From positions 32,001-96,000 of the forward strand of contig JBMFRB010000007.1 in assembly GCA_049968255.1 (NCBI GenBank): a stretch of 64,000 nt of DNA. The letters are read 5' to 3'. Under the pieces are notes generated by a model, which saw nothing but the letters and a program-made list of their open reading frames with translations, was not told where the DNA came from and ran no database searches. The translations under genes were made by a program, and so were the position numbers. This document shows, piece by piece, positions 11,471-21,227 of this stretch. This stretch comes from Candidatus Sumerlaeaceae bacterium. Its GTDB lineage: Bacteria; Sumerlaeota; Sumerlaeia; Sumerlaeales; Sumerlaeaceae. Position 1 is the first letter of the stretch. Each line of letters starts with the position of its first letter.

Positions 11471-12919
11471 TTAGCCTACACTGCCTTCCAGGCTGATGCT
11501 GAGAAGCTTCTGCGCTTCGACGGCGAATTCCATAGGGAGTTCGCGGAAGACCTCTTTGCAGAAACCATTCACAATCATGGAAACGGCGTCCTCTTTCGAG
11601 ATGCCGCGTTGCTGACAGTAGAATAGCTGGTCTTCGTTGATTTTGGAGGTAGAAGCCTCGTGCTCCATGGTCGCCGTTGGGTTTTGCACTTCCACATAGG
11701 GGAACGTGTGAGCTCCGCACTTATCGCCGATGAGTAACGAGTCGCACTGCGAGAAATTCCGTGCATGTTCTGCAGTCTTGAGAATCCGTACGGCCCCGCG
11801 ATAGGAGTTTTGACTGCGACCAGCGGAGATCCCCTTCGATACAATGGTGCTGCGTGTGTTCTTGCCGATGTGAATCATCTTCGTTCCGGTGTCGGCCTGT
11901 TGGAAATTATTGGTGAAGGCGACCGAGTAGAACTCCCCCACGGAGTTGTCGCCGAGCAGGATGCAGCTTGGATATTTCCAGGTAATTGCGGAACCGGTCT
12001 CAACCTGCGTCCACGAGATTTTTGAGTTTTTTCCGAGGCACTTGCCGCGCTTTGTGACGAAGTTGTAAATTCCGCCTCGCCCTTCTTTATCGCCGGGATA
12101 CCAATTCTGAACTGTCGAGTATTTGATCGTGGCGTTGTCCAGGGCAACGAGCTCCACAACCGCGGCGTGGAGCTGATTTTCATCGCGCATGGGCGCAGTG
12201 CAACCTTCGAGATAGCTAACGTAAGCACCTTCGTCGGCGATAATCAGGGTACGCTCGAATTGTCCCGTTTTTGCAGCATTGATGCGGAAGTAGGTCGAAA
12301 GCTCCATCGGACAACGCACGCCCTTGGGAACGTAGCAGAATGAACCATCGCTAAAGACCGCGGCGTTCAATGCGGCGAAGAAATTGTCCGTAAAGGGAAC
12401 CACACTACCGAGGTATTTGCGCACGAGGTCGGGATGCTCTTGCACCGCCTCGGAAAATGCGCAGAAAATTATGCCGAGGTCTTTGAGTTTCTCTTTGAAC
12501 GTTGTGGCCACGGAAACACTGTCGAAGACTGCATCGACGGCAACACCCGCGAGGATTTCTTGCTCTCGCAGCGGAATGCCAAGCTTCTCATAAGTCCGCA
12601 GTAGCTCGGGGTCCACCTCGTCCAGACTTTTCGGCCGATCTTTCAGGGATTTTGGCGCTGCATAATAGTAAATATCTTGATAGTCGATCGGGGGGTAATG
12701 GACGTTGGCCCAGTGTGGCTCCTTCATTGTGAGCCAATGACGATAGGCTTTGAGCCGCCATTCCAGAAGCCAATCGGGTTCCTTTTTTCGTTCGGAGATC
12801 ATTCGGATGATTTCTTCATTCAGCCCCTTCGGAACCGTTTCCGCTTCGATGGGAGAAACGAAGCCGTACTTATATTCTTGCTGGGCAAGATTTTCGACTT
12901 CGCGGGTGTCAGTGGTCAT
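11471..12919 (-). CDS. sufB: Fe-S cluster assembly protein SufB
   Basis: [51 protein letters not shown]. Confidence 0.98.
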   Translation of the reverse strand: MTTDTREVENLAQQEYKYGFVSPIEAETVPKGLNEEIIRMISERKKEPDWLLEWRLKAYRHWLTMKEPHWANVHYPPIDYQDIYYYAAPKSLKDRPKSLDEVDPELLRTYEKLGIPLREQEILAGVAVDAVFDSVSVATTFKEKLKDLGIIFCAFSEAVQEHPDLVRKYLGSVVPFTDNFFAALNAAVFSDGSFCYVPKGVRCPMELSTYFRINAAKTGQFERTLIIADEGAYVSYLEGCTAPMRDENQLHAAVVELVALDNATIKYSTVQNWYPGDKEGRGGIYNFVTKRGKCLGKNSKISWTQVETGSAITWKYPSCILLGDNSVGEFYSVAFTNNFQQADTGTKMIHIGKNTRSTIVSKGISAGRSQNSYRGAVRILKTAEHARNFSQCDSLLIGDKCGAHTFPYVEVQNPTATMEHEASTSKINEDQLFYCQQRGISKEDAVSMIVNGFCKEVFRELPMEFAVEAQKLLSISLEGSVG

Positions 12920-12925
12920 ATTGGT

Positions 12926-13504
12926 TTACTCCTTATGCTTGGCTTTAGCCGCTCCTGAGCTTGGTGAGTGGCGTTCTGGTGCCGCGGCTGTGTTGAGCGA
13001 GAATTTCGAGTTTTGGGCTTTTGATGGATTATTCGCCTTGTTGGGAGAATCGCCTTTGGCGTCGAGAGCGGCCTCGATGCGCTGGCTGTGCATAGCAGCT
13101 TTTCGCGCCAACTCTGCCAGTGTGACGCTCTCGAGGGTGGACTTTATCGCATCATTGAGATCCGCCCAGGTGGGGCGAAGCGGGCAGAGGAGCTGCAGAA
13201 GGCAGTCGGTCTCGCCGCCCTGCTGACATTCCGTGATAGCCACTGGCCCCTCGAGGACTTCCACAATCCGTGGAAGCGTGATTTCCTCAGGCGGCTTTCC
13301 AAGGCTATAGCCCCCATGCACACCACGATGGGCCTTGAGAAGGCCGCCTTTGGCAAACGCCTTGAGAAGCTTGCTCACTGTCGGCACTGGTAAATGAACG
13401 GCACTGGCAACGTCGCGGGCATTCCATATCCGCCTCTCCAAGTTATTGGCAAAGTGGGTCATCACTACCAGCCCGTAATCAGTGAGTTTTGTAAGTCGGA
13501 TCAT
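12926..13504 (-). CDS. Rrf2-family SUF system regulator
   Basis: MIRLTKLTDYG, HRGVHGGYSL, three Cys (EC..DC..LCP); heads the suf operon. Confidence 0.9.
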   Translation of the reverse strand: MIRLTKLTDYGLVVMTHFANNLERRIWNARDVASAVHLPVPTVSKLLKAFAKGGLLKAHRGVHGGYSLGKPPEEITLPRIVEVLEGPVAITECQQGGETDCLLQLLCPLRPTWADLNDAIKSTLESVTLAELARKAAMHSQRIEAALDAKGDSPNKANNPSKAQNSKFSLNTAAAPERHSPSSGAAKAKHKE

Positions 13505-13521
13505 TGCGCGCTCCTTGAAAT

Positions 13522-13538
13522 AGTACTAAATTAGTTCT
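13522..13538. promoter_or_regulatory. Imperfect palindrome just upstream of the Rrf2 gene RBS, candidate autoregulatory operator
   Basis: AGTACTA-AAT-TAGTTCT (one mismatch) in an AT-rich patch 18-34 nt upstream of the start codon. Confidence 0.5.
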
Positions 13539-13856
13539 TCTTTATTCTTTTGTGGCGTGACGCGTTTTTTCTCAGCGCGCATGTGAGCCTACCGACCTTG
13601 AACATAGACCTGAACTCTCGCGCATTTTGCACCGCCAAGCTTCGCATACTCGCTGAGATCATGCTAGACGTCTACCGTACAAAATGTACCGTGGCGGGTC
13701 CTATTTTATTACAGGTCAAGTGAAAAGAAGGATCATGCGAACGACTAGCGCTTTTTCGTAGCAGATAACGTCCGGTAGGTCACATTCACGTGGGGTCATG
13801 CCCGGGCGGATTCTTTTCTTGCGTGGCATGGGTGGGCACGATTGTGAATCTACGAG

Positions 13857-14615
13857 ATGCGACAAAAACTGCCAGACATTGATCGCTCGACGCCGAAGGA
13901 CAAGGGTTGGGAACCTGAGGGACAGACGCGCGAGCCACTCGTTTCTATCATCATTCCGATTTACAATGAGCGTGAATTGCTGCCCGTTGTTTTGGAGGAG
14001 GTTCGACGCCTGCCCCTGAACAAGGAACTGATTCTCGTTGACGATTACTCCGTTGATGGCACGCGAGAGTTGCTCAGGGAAGAGGAAACAAAGCCAAGCA
14101 CACGTGTGCTCTATCACGAGCGCAATCGAGGCAAAGGGGCGGCGATTGTGACAGGACTCAAGGCCGCCAGCGGCGATGTGGTGATTATTCAGGACGCAGA
14201 TATGGAATACGATCCACGCGATATCCTCAAGGTTGTGGAGCCGATTTTTCGTGGCGAAACGCGCGTCTGCTATGGTTCGCGATTCCTTGGGCGAATTGAG
14301 GGAATGCGCCTGCCCAATCGCATTGCAAACTACATTTTAGCCTGGCTTGTGACATTGCTTTACGGCCAGCGCATTACGGATGAAGCCACTGCTTACAAAG
14401 CTTTTCGGCGGGAAGTGATCAAGTCCATTGATCTCAAATGTCAGCGGTTTGAGTTTTGTCCTGAGGTCACTGCGAAAGTGTTGCGCCGTGGGGAGAAAAT
14501 CCTCGAGGTTCCGGTGGTTTATCGGGCACGGACATTCGAGGAGGGGAAGAAAATCGGCTATAAGGACTTTTTCGTCGCGGTGAAGACGCTGTTTCGTTAT
14601 CGTCTTTTCAAGTAA
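13857..14615 (+). CDS. Glycosyltransferase family 2 (polyprenol-phosphate glycosyltransferase, DPM1-like)
   Basis: SIIIPIYNE, VDDYSVDGT, NRGKGAA, QDADMEYDP, YGSRF. Confidence 0.9.
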   Translation: MRQKLPDIDRSTPKDKGWEPEGQTREPLVSIIIPIYNERELLPVVLEEVRRLPLNKELILVDDYSVDGTRELLREEETKPSTRVLYHERNRGKGAAIVTGLKAASGDVVIIQDADMEYDPRDILKVVEPIFRGETRVCYGSRFLGRIEGMRLPNRIANYILAWLVTLLYGQRITDEATAYKAFRREVIKSIDLKCQRFEFCPEVTAKVLRRGEKILEVPVVYRARTFEEGKKIGYKDFFVAVKTLFRYRLFK

Positions 14616-14669
14616 GCATCATTGCAAGATATTCTGTTAAGCATCTCGAGGTCACCGGCTTTGACGGAT

Positions 14670-14710
14670 AAAAAAACGTGCGCCCTTGACGACGTCAAAG
14701 GCGCACTTTT
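14670..14710. terminator. Bidirectional intrinsic terminator
   Basis: A-run, GTGCGCCCTTGAC-GAC-GTCAAAGGCGCAC hairpin, then TTTT; lies between convergent genes. Confidence 0.65.
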
Positions 14711-14755
14711 ACAAGTGAATTTGCGGATCCGACGGGCTCGACAACGCGAGTAAGT

Positions 14756-15013
14756 TTAGTACTCGTCTTCTTCTGCCTCGTCGGTATAGTCTTCGTCGTC
14801 TTCGTCGCGAGGCTCGAAGAGGTTGCAGCTACTGTCGCCGGAAACCATGAGCTCGTATTCCTCGAGGTCGGGATGAATACACGGAGCGATGGCTTCTTCC
14901 GATGCATCGTCCGGATCCACATCCCAATAAACACAATCCATGCATACGTTTCTGGTTTCGTCGAGATCGTTTGGTTCTTCGTCTTCTTCAAAAGGCTTTC
15001 GACCCTTTGGCAT
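14756..15013 (-). CDS. Small very acidic four-cysteine protein (85 aa), unknown function
   Basis: AAAGGAG RBS before ATG 15013; CxxCxxW...C...C pattern; 33 of 85 residues are D/E; own terminator downstream. Confidence 0.75.
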   Translation of the reverse strand: MPKGRKPFEEDEEPNDLDETRNVCMDCVYWDVDPDDASEEAIAPCIHPDLEEYELMVSGDSSCNLFEPRDEDDEDYTDEAEEDEY

Positions 15014-15360
15014 AGCCGACTCCTTTCCATCCAGCTTGATTCGCGTGTAATCCCCATGAACCGAGTGCGAGACGCAATGCAAAAGGCGCTCGTGCTCGAT
15101 TCAGTTGCGCAATTCATATTCTTTTCGTCGCACTTCATTCCGCATTTTCACACACAAGTTTTTATTAGAACGTGGCAATGAAAACCGCGGGAAATTTGCT
15201 GGTGATGCAGCGGGTGCAGAAAGGCTCGAGGGAGGCCTGAACTTGATCGCGTGTCGGGTAGGAGAACCGGGAAGGCAAGAAGCGAAATAACGAATAAAGG
15301 CGCGATGGGGAAATATATGCGCACGGCTGTTTTTCTACTGTTGTGGAGGATTTCCATCTG

Positions 15361-15795
15361 ATGAAGACGTATTATCCACAGCCGGGTGATATTGCGGAAA
15401 AGTGGTATTTGATTGATGCCCGGGGTGAAACTCTGGGGCGTCTGGCCTCGCAGATTGCTGCGGTCCTGCGTGGCAAACATTTGCCGACCTATCACCCGGC
15501 CGTAGATCCGAAAACTCATGTGGTGGTCATCAATGCAGATAAGGTGGTGCTGACCGGGCGAAAAATGCGCGAGAAGACTTATTATCGTCATTCCGGTTGG
15601 CCCGGCGGGTTCAAGCAATTTACGGCCGAGGAGATCAACAGGCGCAAGCCTGGCGAGCTCGTTCGCTTGGCTGTCAAGGGGATGCTGCCTAAGAATCGAT
15701 TGGGCGACCGCCTCGTGACACATTTGAAGGTGTATGCGGGTGAGACGCATCCGCATGCTGCTCAAAAACCCCAAGTCGTGAAATTGACGAAGTAG
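15361..15795 (+). CDS. rplM: 50S ribosomal protein L13
   Basis: WYLIDA, LGRLASQIA, RGKH, YYRHSGWPGG, HPHAAQKP; GGAGGA RBS. Confidence 0.98.
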   Translation: MKTYYPQPGDIAEKWYLIDARGETLGRLASQIAAVLRGKHLPTYHPAVDPKTHVVVINADKVVLTGRKMREKTYYRHSGWPGGFKQFTAEEINRRKPGELVRLAVKGMLPKNRLGDRLVTHLKVYAGETHPHAAQKPQVVKLTK

Positions 15796-15820
15796 CTCAC
15801 CGTGAGGAGACATTAAAAAG

Positions 15821-16222
15821 ATGCCAGGAATTATGGAACAGTATTACGCAACGGGTCGGCGCAAAACAGCCAGTGCACGTGTGTTTTTGCGGCCTGGAAA
15901 AGGACGCATCGAAGTCAACGGTGTGCCGTGGGAAGAGTATTTCGGCAACCAAATGGCCATTGAGGCCGTCATCAAGCAGCCTCTCAAAGAGACACACACG
16001 CTGACGAAATATGATTTTAAGATAACGGTCTCGGGTGGCGGCAAGGTAGGTCAGGCGGGAGCTATTTCTCACGGAATTGCTCGAGCACTCGTTGAAGCTA
16101 ATCCTGCATACCGGCCAATTCTCAAGAAGGCTGGTCTCCTCACGCGCGACCCGCGCATGAAAGAGCGCAAGAAGTACGGGCAAAAGGGCGCGCGCAAGCG
16201 TTTCCAATTCTCCAAGCGCTAG
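15821..16222 (+). CDS. rpsI: 30S ribosomal protein S9
   Basis: [45 protein letters not shown]. Confidence 0.98.
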   Translation: MPGIMEQYYATGRRKTASARVFLRPGKGRIEVNGVPWEEYFGNQMAIEAVIKQPLKETHTLTKYDFKITVSGGGKVGQAGAISHGIARALVEANPAYRPILKKAGLLTRDPRMKERKKYGQKGARKRFQFSKR

Positions 16223-16250
16223 TCGCGAAGGTTGCGAACATTTCTGGTGT

Positions 16251-16286
16251 GGACCTGCAGTCGAAAAGGCTGCAGGTTCCTTTTTT
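16251..16286 (+). terminator. Intrinsic terminator of rplM-rpsI
   Basis: GGACCTGCAGTC-GAAAA-GGCTGCAGGTTCC followed by T6. Confidence 0.8.
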
Positions 16287-16344
16287 GGTAGCGAATTTCT
16301 GCCCTTGCGATTTCCTTCAACCAAGGCACGACACCATAGGCGAA

Positions 16345-17103
16345 ATGAAAACTCGCGTTTCGAAAGATCATGTTGCACGTGGCTGGCGTCTGGCGTTGCG
16401 AAAATTTCTGCGCGAGATCGCACTGCGCGGCGGAGTTCGCATGGCAACGTGCGCGCTACGTGCCCTGCGCCACACGTGGCACGTGGAGCGTGTGGATAAA
16501 GAGCGCTTTTTCTTGACGCCTGTGATCGTGGCTTTCTGGCATGGCGATCTCCTCATCGGAGCAGCAGAAGCTCTCTGGTCCAGACGGCGCGATTTTGCGA
16601 CATTGACGAGCAGAAGCCGCGATGGCGAAGTGGCTGCAACGCTTGCACGTCAGGTAGGCGTGACTCCGCTGCGAGGGGGGGCTTCGCGCGGACAAGTGGA
16701 GGCATTGCGGGCGATGGAGCGGTGGCTTAGTCAGAAAGGCAGCCTCGTTGTCGCGGTCGATGGGCCGCGTGGACCCAGAGGCGTCGTAAAAAGCGGGGTT
16801 ATTTTGTTAGCATCGCGTTCAGGTGTCCCTATCGTTCCTGCTGCAGCGATTGTGCCAGAGGGGCAAAGCTGGCGGTTCCGCTCGTGGGACAAAATGTGCC
16901 TTCCTAAACCAGGCTGTCGGTTTCAAGTTGTCTTCGGGGAACCGATTCGTGTGCCTAGCAAACTTTCGCGCGACGAGCTAGAATCATTTAGAATTCTGCT
17001 CGAACGGGAACTGTTTTGCTTGCATAAAGAACCTCAAGTGGCCAATGACAAGCCAAGAGAAAATGAAAATTGTGTTGAAGTGCAACCTCGCTTCCATGCG
17101 TAG
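16345..17103 (+). CDS. DUF374 / lysophospholipid acyltransferase family protein
   Basis: AFWHG, SRSRDGE, RGGASRG, VDGPRGP, SWDKMCLPKP; start placed at the first ATG after the terminator (uncertain). Confidence 0.8.
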   Translation: MKTRVSKDHVARGWRLALRKFLREIALRGGVRMATCALRALRHTWHVERVDKERFFLTPVIVAFWHGDLLIGAAEALWSRRRDFATLTSRSRDGEVAATLARQVGVTPLRGGASRGQVEALRAMERWLSQKGSLVVAVDGPRGPRGVVKSGVILLASRSGVPIVPAAAIVPEGQSWRFRSWDKMCLPKPGCRFQVVFGEPIRVPSKLSRDELESFRILLERELFCLHKEPQVANDKPRENENCVEVQPRFHA

Positions 17104-17139
17104 TCGTAAGGGCGAGTCGCACGAATTTGACGGTTCGAG

Positions 17140-18315
17140 ATGGGAATGAAAACGAGAATCCTGAAAAGTCTGTTAGTGGCTGCGATGTGTGTGGCCTGCG
17201 TGGGAGGAAGTCTCTCCGCGGCTGAAGAAGGTGCGGCCGGTGGTCTCGCGCCTGCGGCTGCTCCCACGCCGGCTGCTGCGCCTGTGCCAGCGGTCGCGCC
17301 TGCTTCTCCTGCCGAACCTGCTGGCGCTCCTCCGGCGCTTTCGGCATTGCCTGGCACTGAAGGGACAACGTCGCCCACACCCGGAGCAGCTCTGGCAGTG
17401 CCGACACCACCTCCGCTGCCAAGCTTGGGACAAGTGATTGGCGAAGAAAAACCGCAAACCACTGAGACCGTTGCCACTGCGGCGGCTGCTCCACAAGAAC
17501 TCTATGAGTTCCTCTACCTCAAGCATGACGAGTATGGGCCGGTAAGACTCAAGGTCAGCCCCCAGGAGGCTGAAAAGATCCGAGAGAAAGAAATTCGCCT
17601 TCTCATGAGGGATTTCCCAAGCGGCCCCAGCCAGCAGCCGCAACAGCAACAAGGGGATGCGACGCGCGCGTTTGCCGAGTGGGACTATTATTTCGAGCAA
17701 CTTCAACTTTACTCGCAATATGTGAAAGAGGTCGTACTCCCAGAGAAAAAGGACGATTTGGACGATCCCAATTTTGATGTAAACAACCAAGATGCAGCTG
17801 TGCAGAGCCGATCTGAATTGAAAACAGGCTACGAGAAAAAAGCGCAAGAGCTGACCAATGAACAGCGCGATGAGAATTCGGCTTTTTATGAGCGGATTCA
17901 GCAGCGCGAAGATCGGCGAAAACGTTATTACGAATGGATTGCCTCGCAGAAGCGCCAGCTTGATGAATGGGCTAAAGTTTGGGCACGCCGTGCCAACGGT
18001 ACGCAGTGGGTGACTGCGAGTGGAGAGGTACGGCGGGATGATTGGTATTATGGCAAGAACTTCAATCCGGGTGGTCCCGTAGCGACGACGATTGACGGCC
18101 AGACCTTTGTTTTCTCGTCGGAGCCCGCTGCGGGCTTACAGATGGATGAATTGAACGTGCTTTCGACGAATCTGACGCCGTATGACATCTTGGATCAGAA
18201 CGGCGTTCTGAAGAATCCGACTACAGAAAGGCAGCGCGGGACCCTGGTTGAACCGCCAGCTTTGCCGACGCCCACGCCGGTGCCTGGCATTATTCAGACA
18301 CTTGAAAATCAGTGA
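17140..18315 (+). CDS. Hypothetical exported protein with Pro/Ala-rich linker and coiled-coil
   Basis: 391-aa ORF; signal peptide, ~90-aa PA-rich tract, helical charged central region. Confidence 0.75.
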   Translation: MGMKTRILKSLLVAAMCVACVGGSLSAAEEGAAGGLAPAAAPTPAAAPVPAVAPASPAEPAGAPPALSALPGTEGTTSPTPGAALAVPTPPPLPSLGQVIGEEKPQTTETVATAAAAPQELYEFLYLKHDEYGPVRLKVSPQEAEKIREKEIRLLMRDFPSGPSQQPQQQQGDATRAFAEWDYYFEQLQLYSQYVKEVVLPEKKDDLDDPNFDVNNQDAAVQSRSELKTGYEKKAQELTNEQRDENSAFYERIQQREDRRKRYYEWIASQKRQLDEWAKVWARRANGTQWVTASGEVRRDDWYYGKNFNPGGPVATTIDGQTFVFSSEPAAGLQMDELNVLSTNLTPYDILDQNGVLKNPTTERQRGTLVEPPALPTPTPVPGIIQTLENQ

Positions 18316-18402
18316 CACGTGTGGCCTGGAGAATATCGCATAAACCTAGCGCGCGTGTTGTAATTGCAGCACAAATCTGCAGCGTTCTTTGATTTAGCCG
18401 CT

Positions 18403-18670
18403 AAAGGCGTTGAAGAGGAGTAGTAGGAATACGCTCGGCCTTGGAGAGAGCCGCTGGTTGGTGAGAAGCGGTGGCGAGCCTTCCGAACTCGCCTTGGAGC
18501 CGCGATGGTGAACGGCATGGATAGCCGCTAGCTGTCGCCGCGAGCTCGGCGTAACAAGAGCAAATGAAGGCACCGGAGCAATACAGTGCGCCTTGCACGG
18601 TGCGAAGCAGGGTGGTACCACGACTGGAAAGTTCGTCCCCGCGATTTCAAGAATCGCGGGGATTTTGTTT
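18403..18670 (+). promoter_or_regulatory. T-box riboswitch (Leu specifier CUC) with intrinsic terminator, upstream of leuA
   Basis: Stem I with GA motif, AGTA, AGAGA box and GGTGA; GAA-CTC specifier at 18488-18490; T-box AAGCAGGGTGGTACCACG at 18605-18622 pairing with CGTCCC; terminator CCCCGCGATT/AATCGCGGGG plus T-rich tail. Confidence 0.92.
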
Positions 18671-18902
18671 AGAAGTCATGTGCAAACCACGAAATATAGA
18701 TTTCACTTTTGGCCGATGCGGTCATTATGGGCAGGTTGGCGTGCGCGGATGTATCCGCGAGCTCGCCAACTACACGTTCCGCAACCGCAGCACCCTGGCC
18801 CTATGAGACGCGTCGATGTAGCCCGTGCAGGAAGATCGTTCGCGAGGTTATAGCAAGCGTTCCATTCTCTTACCCACGTACAAAAAAAAGGAGTTAGTTA
18901 TA

Positions 18903-20471
18903 ATGACAGCAGTACAGCGTGATCCTAACCGCGTTATTATTTTCGACACAACCCTTCGCGACGGCGAGCAATCGCCCGGAGCGACGATGAATCTACAGGA
19001 AAAGTTGGAAATCGCACGCCAGTTGACACGGTTGGGCGTGGATGTCATCGAGGCTGGGTTTCCTATCTCATCGCCGGGGGATTTTGAGGCCGTCTGTGCA
19101 ATTGCCGAGGAAATCGACGGCCCAGTCATTTGCGGGCTGGCGCGTGCCATTGAGAAAGATATTGTTCGCTGCGGCGAGGCGGTGACGCGCAATAAGCGCG
19201 GCCGCATTCACACCTTCATTGCAACGTCGCAGATCCACATCGAAAAAAAGCTGCGCATGACTAAGGAGCAGGTCATCGAGACGGCGGTGAACGCTGTGAG
19301 GTTGGCAAAGACGTTTACGCCAGATGTTGAGTTTTCATGTGAGGACGCTGGCCGGACCGATTGGGACTATATGGTTGATGTCATTAGCGCCGTCATCGAG
19401 GCTGGGGCGACGACCATCAATGTGCCTGATACCGTGGGTTACTGCAATCCATGGGAGTTCGGTGAGTGTATTGCCTATCTCCTGAAAAAGGTGAGGGGTG
19501 CGGACAGGGTCGTCTTCAGCGCACACTGCCATAACGACCTTGGCCTGGCTGTTGCGAACTCGTTGGCGGCCTTGCGTGCTGGCGCACGACAGGTGGAATG
19601 CACAATCAATGGCATCGGCGAACGCGCCGGAAATGCGTCGTTGGAAGAAATTGTCATGAATCTGAAAGTGCGCCAGGACTTTTACGGCCTGACGACGGGC
19701 ATCAACACGCGAGAGATTTATCGGACGTCGCGGTTGGTGTCGGAAATCACTGGCATCCGCGTGCAGCGTAACAAGGCAATTGTTGGGGCGAATGCGTTCG
19801 CGCATGAAGCAGGTATTCACCAGGACGGCGTGCTCAAAGAGCGGTCGACTTACGAAATTATGCGCGCAGAAGATGTGGGTTGGACTGGCGAATCCATGGT
19901 GCTGGGCAAGCATTCGGGTCGGCACGCGTTCAAGACTCGGTTGGCACAGCTGGGTTACGATTCACTCTCTGAGGAAGAGATCAACAAGGCCTTCGAGCGG
20001 TTCAAAGAGCTCTGCGACAAGAAGAAGGAGGTTCTGGACGAAGATCTCTACGCCATCGTCGAGGACGAAGTGTTCCACGCGCCAGAGGTTTATCAGCTTG
20101 ATTACCTCGGGTTCTTGAGCGGCACGAGCACCGTGCCAACGGCGACAGTACGGCTGCGTAAAGGCGATCAAGTAATGCAGGAAGCTGCTTGTGGCGATGG
20201 GCCGGTAGATGCTGCGTTCCGCGCGGTGGAGAAGCTGGTGAACGTGAGCACCGAGCTCATTGACTACACGGTGGAAGCGGTCACAGGCGGCACGGATGCC
20301 CAGGGACAGGTGTCGGTGACAGTGCGCGTGAACGGCAAGAAGGTCCGCGCACGTGGCTCGCATACTGATGTTGTCACGGCGAGCGTCAAAGCATATCTCC
20401 ACGCAATCAACAAAGCCCTGCAACTCAGGGAGATCGCCGCAAACTACGAAGTCCCCAAGAGCGGCATGTGA
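18903..20471 (+). CDS. leuA: 2-isopropylmalate synthase
   Basis: [44 protein letters not shown]-terminal regulatory domain GDGPVDA; AAGGAG RBS. Confidence 0.97.
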   Translation: MTAVQRDPNRVIIFDTTLRDGEQSPGATMNLQEKLEIARQLTRLGVDVIEAGFPISSPGDFEAVCAIAEEIDGPVICGLARAIEKDIVRCGEAVTRNKRGRIHTFIATSQIHIEKKLRMTKEQVIETAVNAVRLAKTFTPDVEFSCEDAGRTDWDYMVDVISAVIEAGATTINVPDTVGYCNPWEFGECIAYLLKKVRGADRVVFSAHCHNDLGLAVANSLAALRAGARQVECTINGIGERAGNASLEEIVMNLKVRQDFYGLTTGINTREIYRTSRLVSEITGIRVQRNKAIVGANAFAHEAGIHQDGVLKERSTYEIMRAEDVGWTGESMVLGKHSGRHAFKTRLAQLGYDSLSEEEINKAFERFKELCDKKKEVLDEDLYAIVEDEVFHAPEVYQLDYLGFLSGTSTVPTATVRLRKGDQVMQEAACGDGPVDAAFRAVEKLVNVSTELIDYTVEAVTGGTDAQGQVSVTVRVNGKKVRARGSHTDVVTASVKAYLHAINKALQLREIAANYEVPKSGM

Positions 20472-20528
20472 GGGAGAATCGTGTTTATCCTGTAGATCTG
20501 CTGAAAAACGAAAAGTGAGTGAAGAGCT

Positions 20529-20563
20529 GCGGCGGAACAAGAGCGTTCCGCCGCCTTCTTTCT
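20529..20563 (+). terminator. Intrinsic terminator after leuA
   Basis: GCGGCGGAAC-AAGAGC-GTTCCGCCGC followed by CTTCTTTCT. Confidence 0.7.
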
Positions 20564-20597
20564 GCACGGCCAAAGACCTTTGAAGCGCATGAAATTT

Positions 20598-21227
20598 TTA
20601 GGCTGTTTTTGCTTTGCTGGCTAGCTCGGCGATGCGGCGCATCATTTCTGCTGCGAGCAGGCTATAAGCTGCGCGCTTATCCTCGGTGCCGGCGATGAGC
20701 TCATCAGGAAGGAAAGGCTCTCCGAAATGAACGCGGACTTTGGTGAATTTGGGCCAGCTACGGCCGCGAGGTAACGCATCGTAGGTGCCCTCGATGTAGA
20801 CCGGAAGAATGGGAACTCCAGCCTGCATGGCTATCATGGCTGCACCGGCTTTTGCCTGCTGGAGCTCACCGTCGAATGTTCGTGTTCCTTCAGGAAAGAG
20901 AAGCAGAATTTCGCCCGAGCGCAGTGCCTCAACGCATTGGCGTAAAGCCTTTCGGTCCACGCCACCACGCTCTATGGGATAAGCAAAAAGATTTCGGATA
21001 GCCCAACCAAGCAGAGGGAGATCGAAAAGCTCTCGCTTTGCTAGCGTGTTGCAAATCCGCGGCACACTCACAGCAATCAGTGGTGGATCAAGGTTGCTCG
21101 CGTGATTGGCCACAAGAAGGCATCCACCCTTATGGGGAATATTTTCGACGCCCTTGGCCTCCAGGCGGAAGAGAAGGCGGCCGAGCGCACGGATGATTGC
21201 CCTGACTAGCCAATAAAAAGGCTTCAT
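20598..21227 (-). CDS. plsC: 1-acyl-sn-glycerol-3-phosphate acyltransferase
   Basis: NHASNLDP (HxxxxD), FPEGTR; overlaps the stop of the cmk fusion, the usual cmk-plsC context. Confidence 0.9.
   Translation of the reverse strand: MKPFYWLVRAIIRALGRLLFRLEAKGVENIPHKGGCLLVANHASNLDPPLIAVSVPRICNTLAKRELFDLPLLGWAIRNLFAYPIERGGVDRKALRQCVEALRSGEILLLFPEGTRTFDGELQQAKAGAAMIAMQAGVPILPVYIEGTYDALPRGRSWPKFTKVRVHFGEPFLPDELIAGTEDKRAAYSLLAAEMMRRIAELASKAKTA

Noticed and set aside
15014-15342. Possible ncRNA or L13 leader in the 330-nt gap upstream of rplM
   Set aside because: No convincing stem or known motif by eye; adequately explained by divergent promoters.
17220-17420. Repetitive GC-rich DNA as a tandem repeat or CRISPR array
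   Set aside because: Explained by Pro/Ala codons of the exported protein; no regularly spaced identical repeats and no cas genes.
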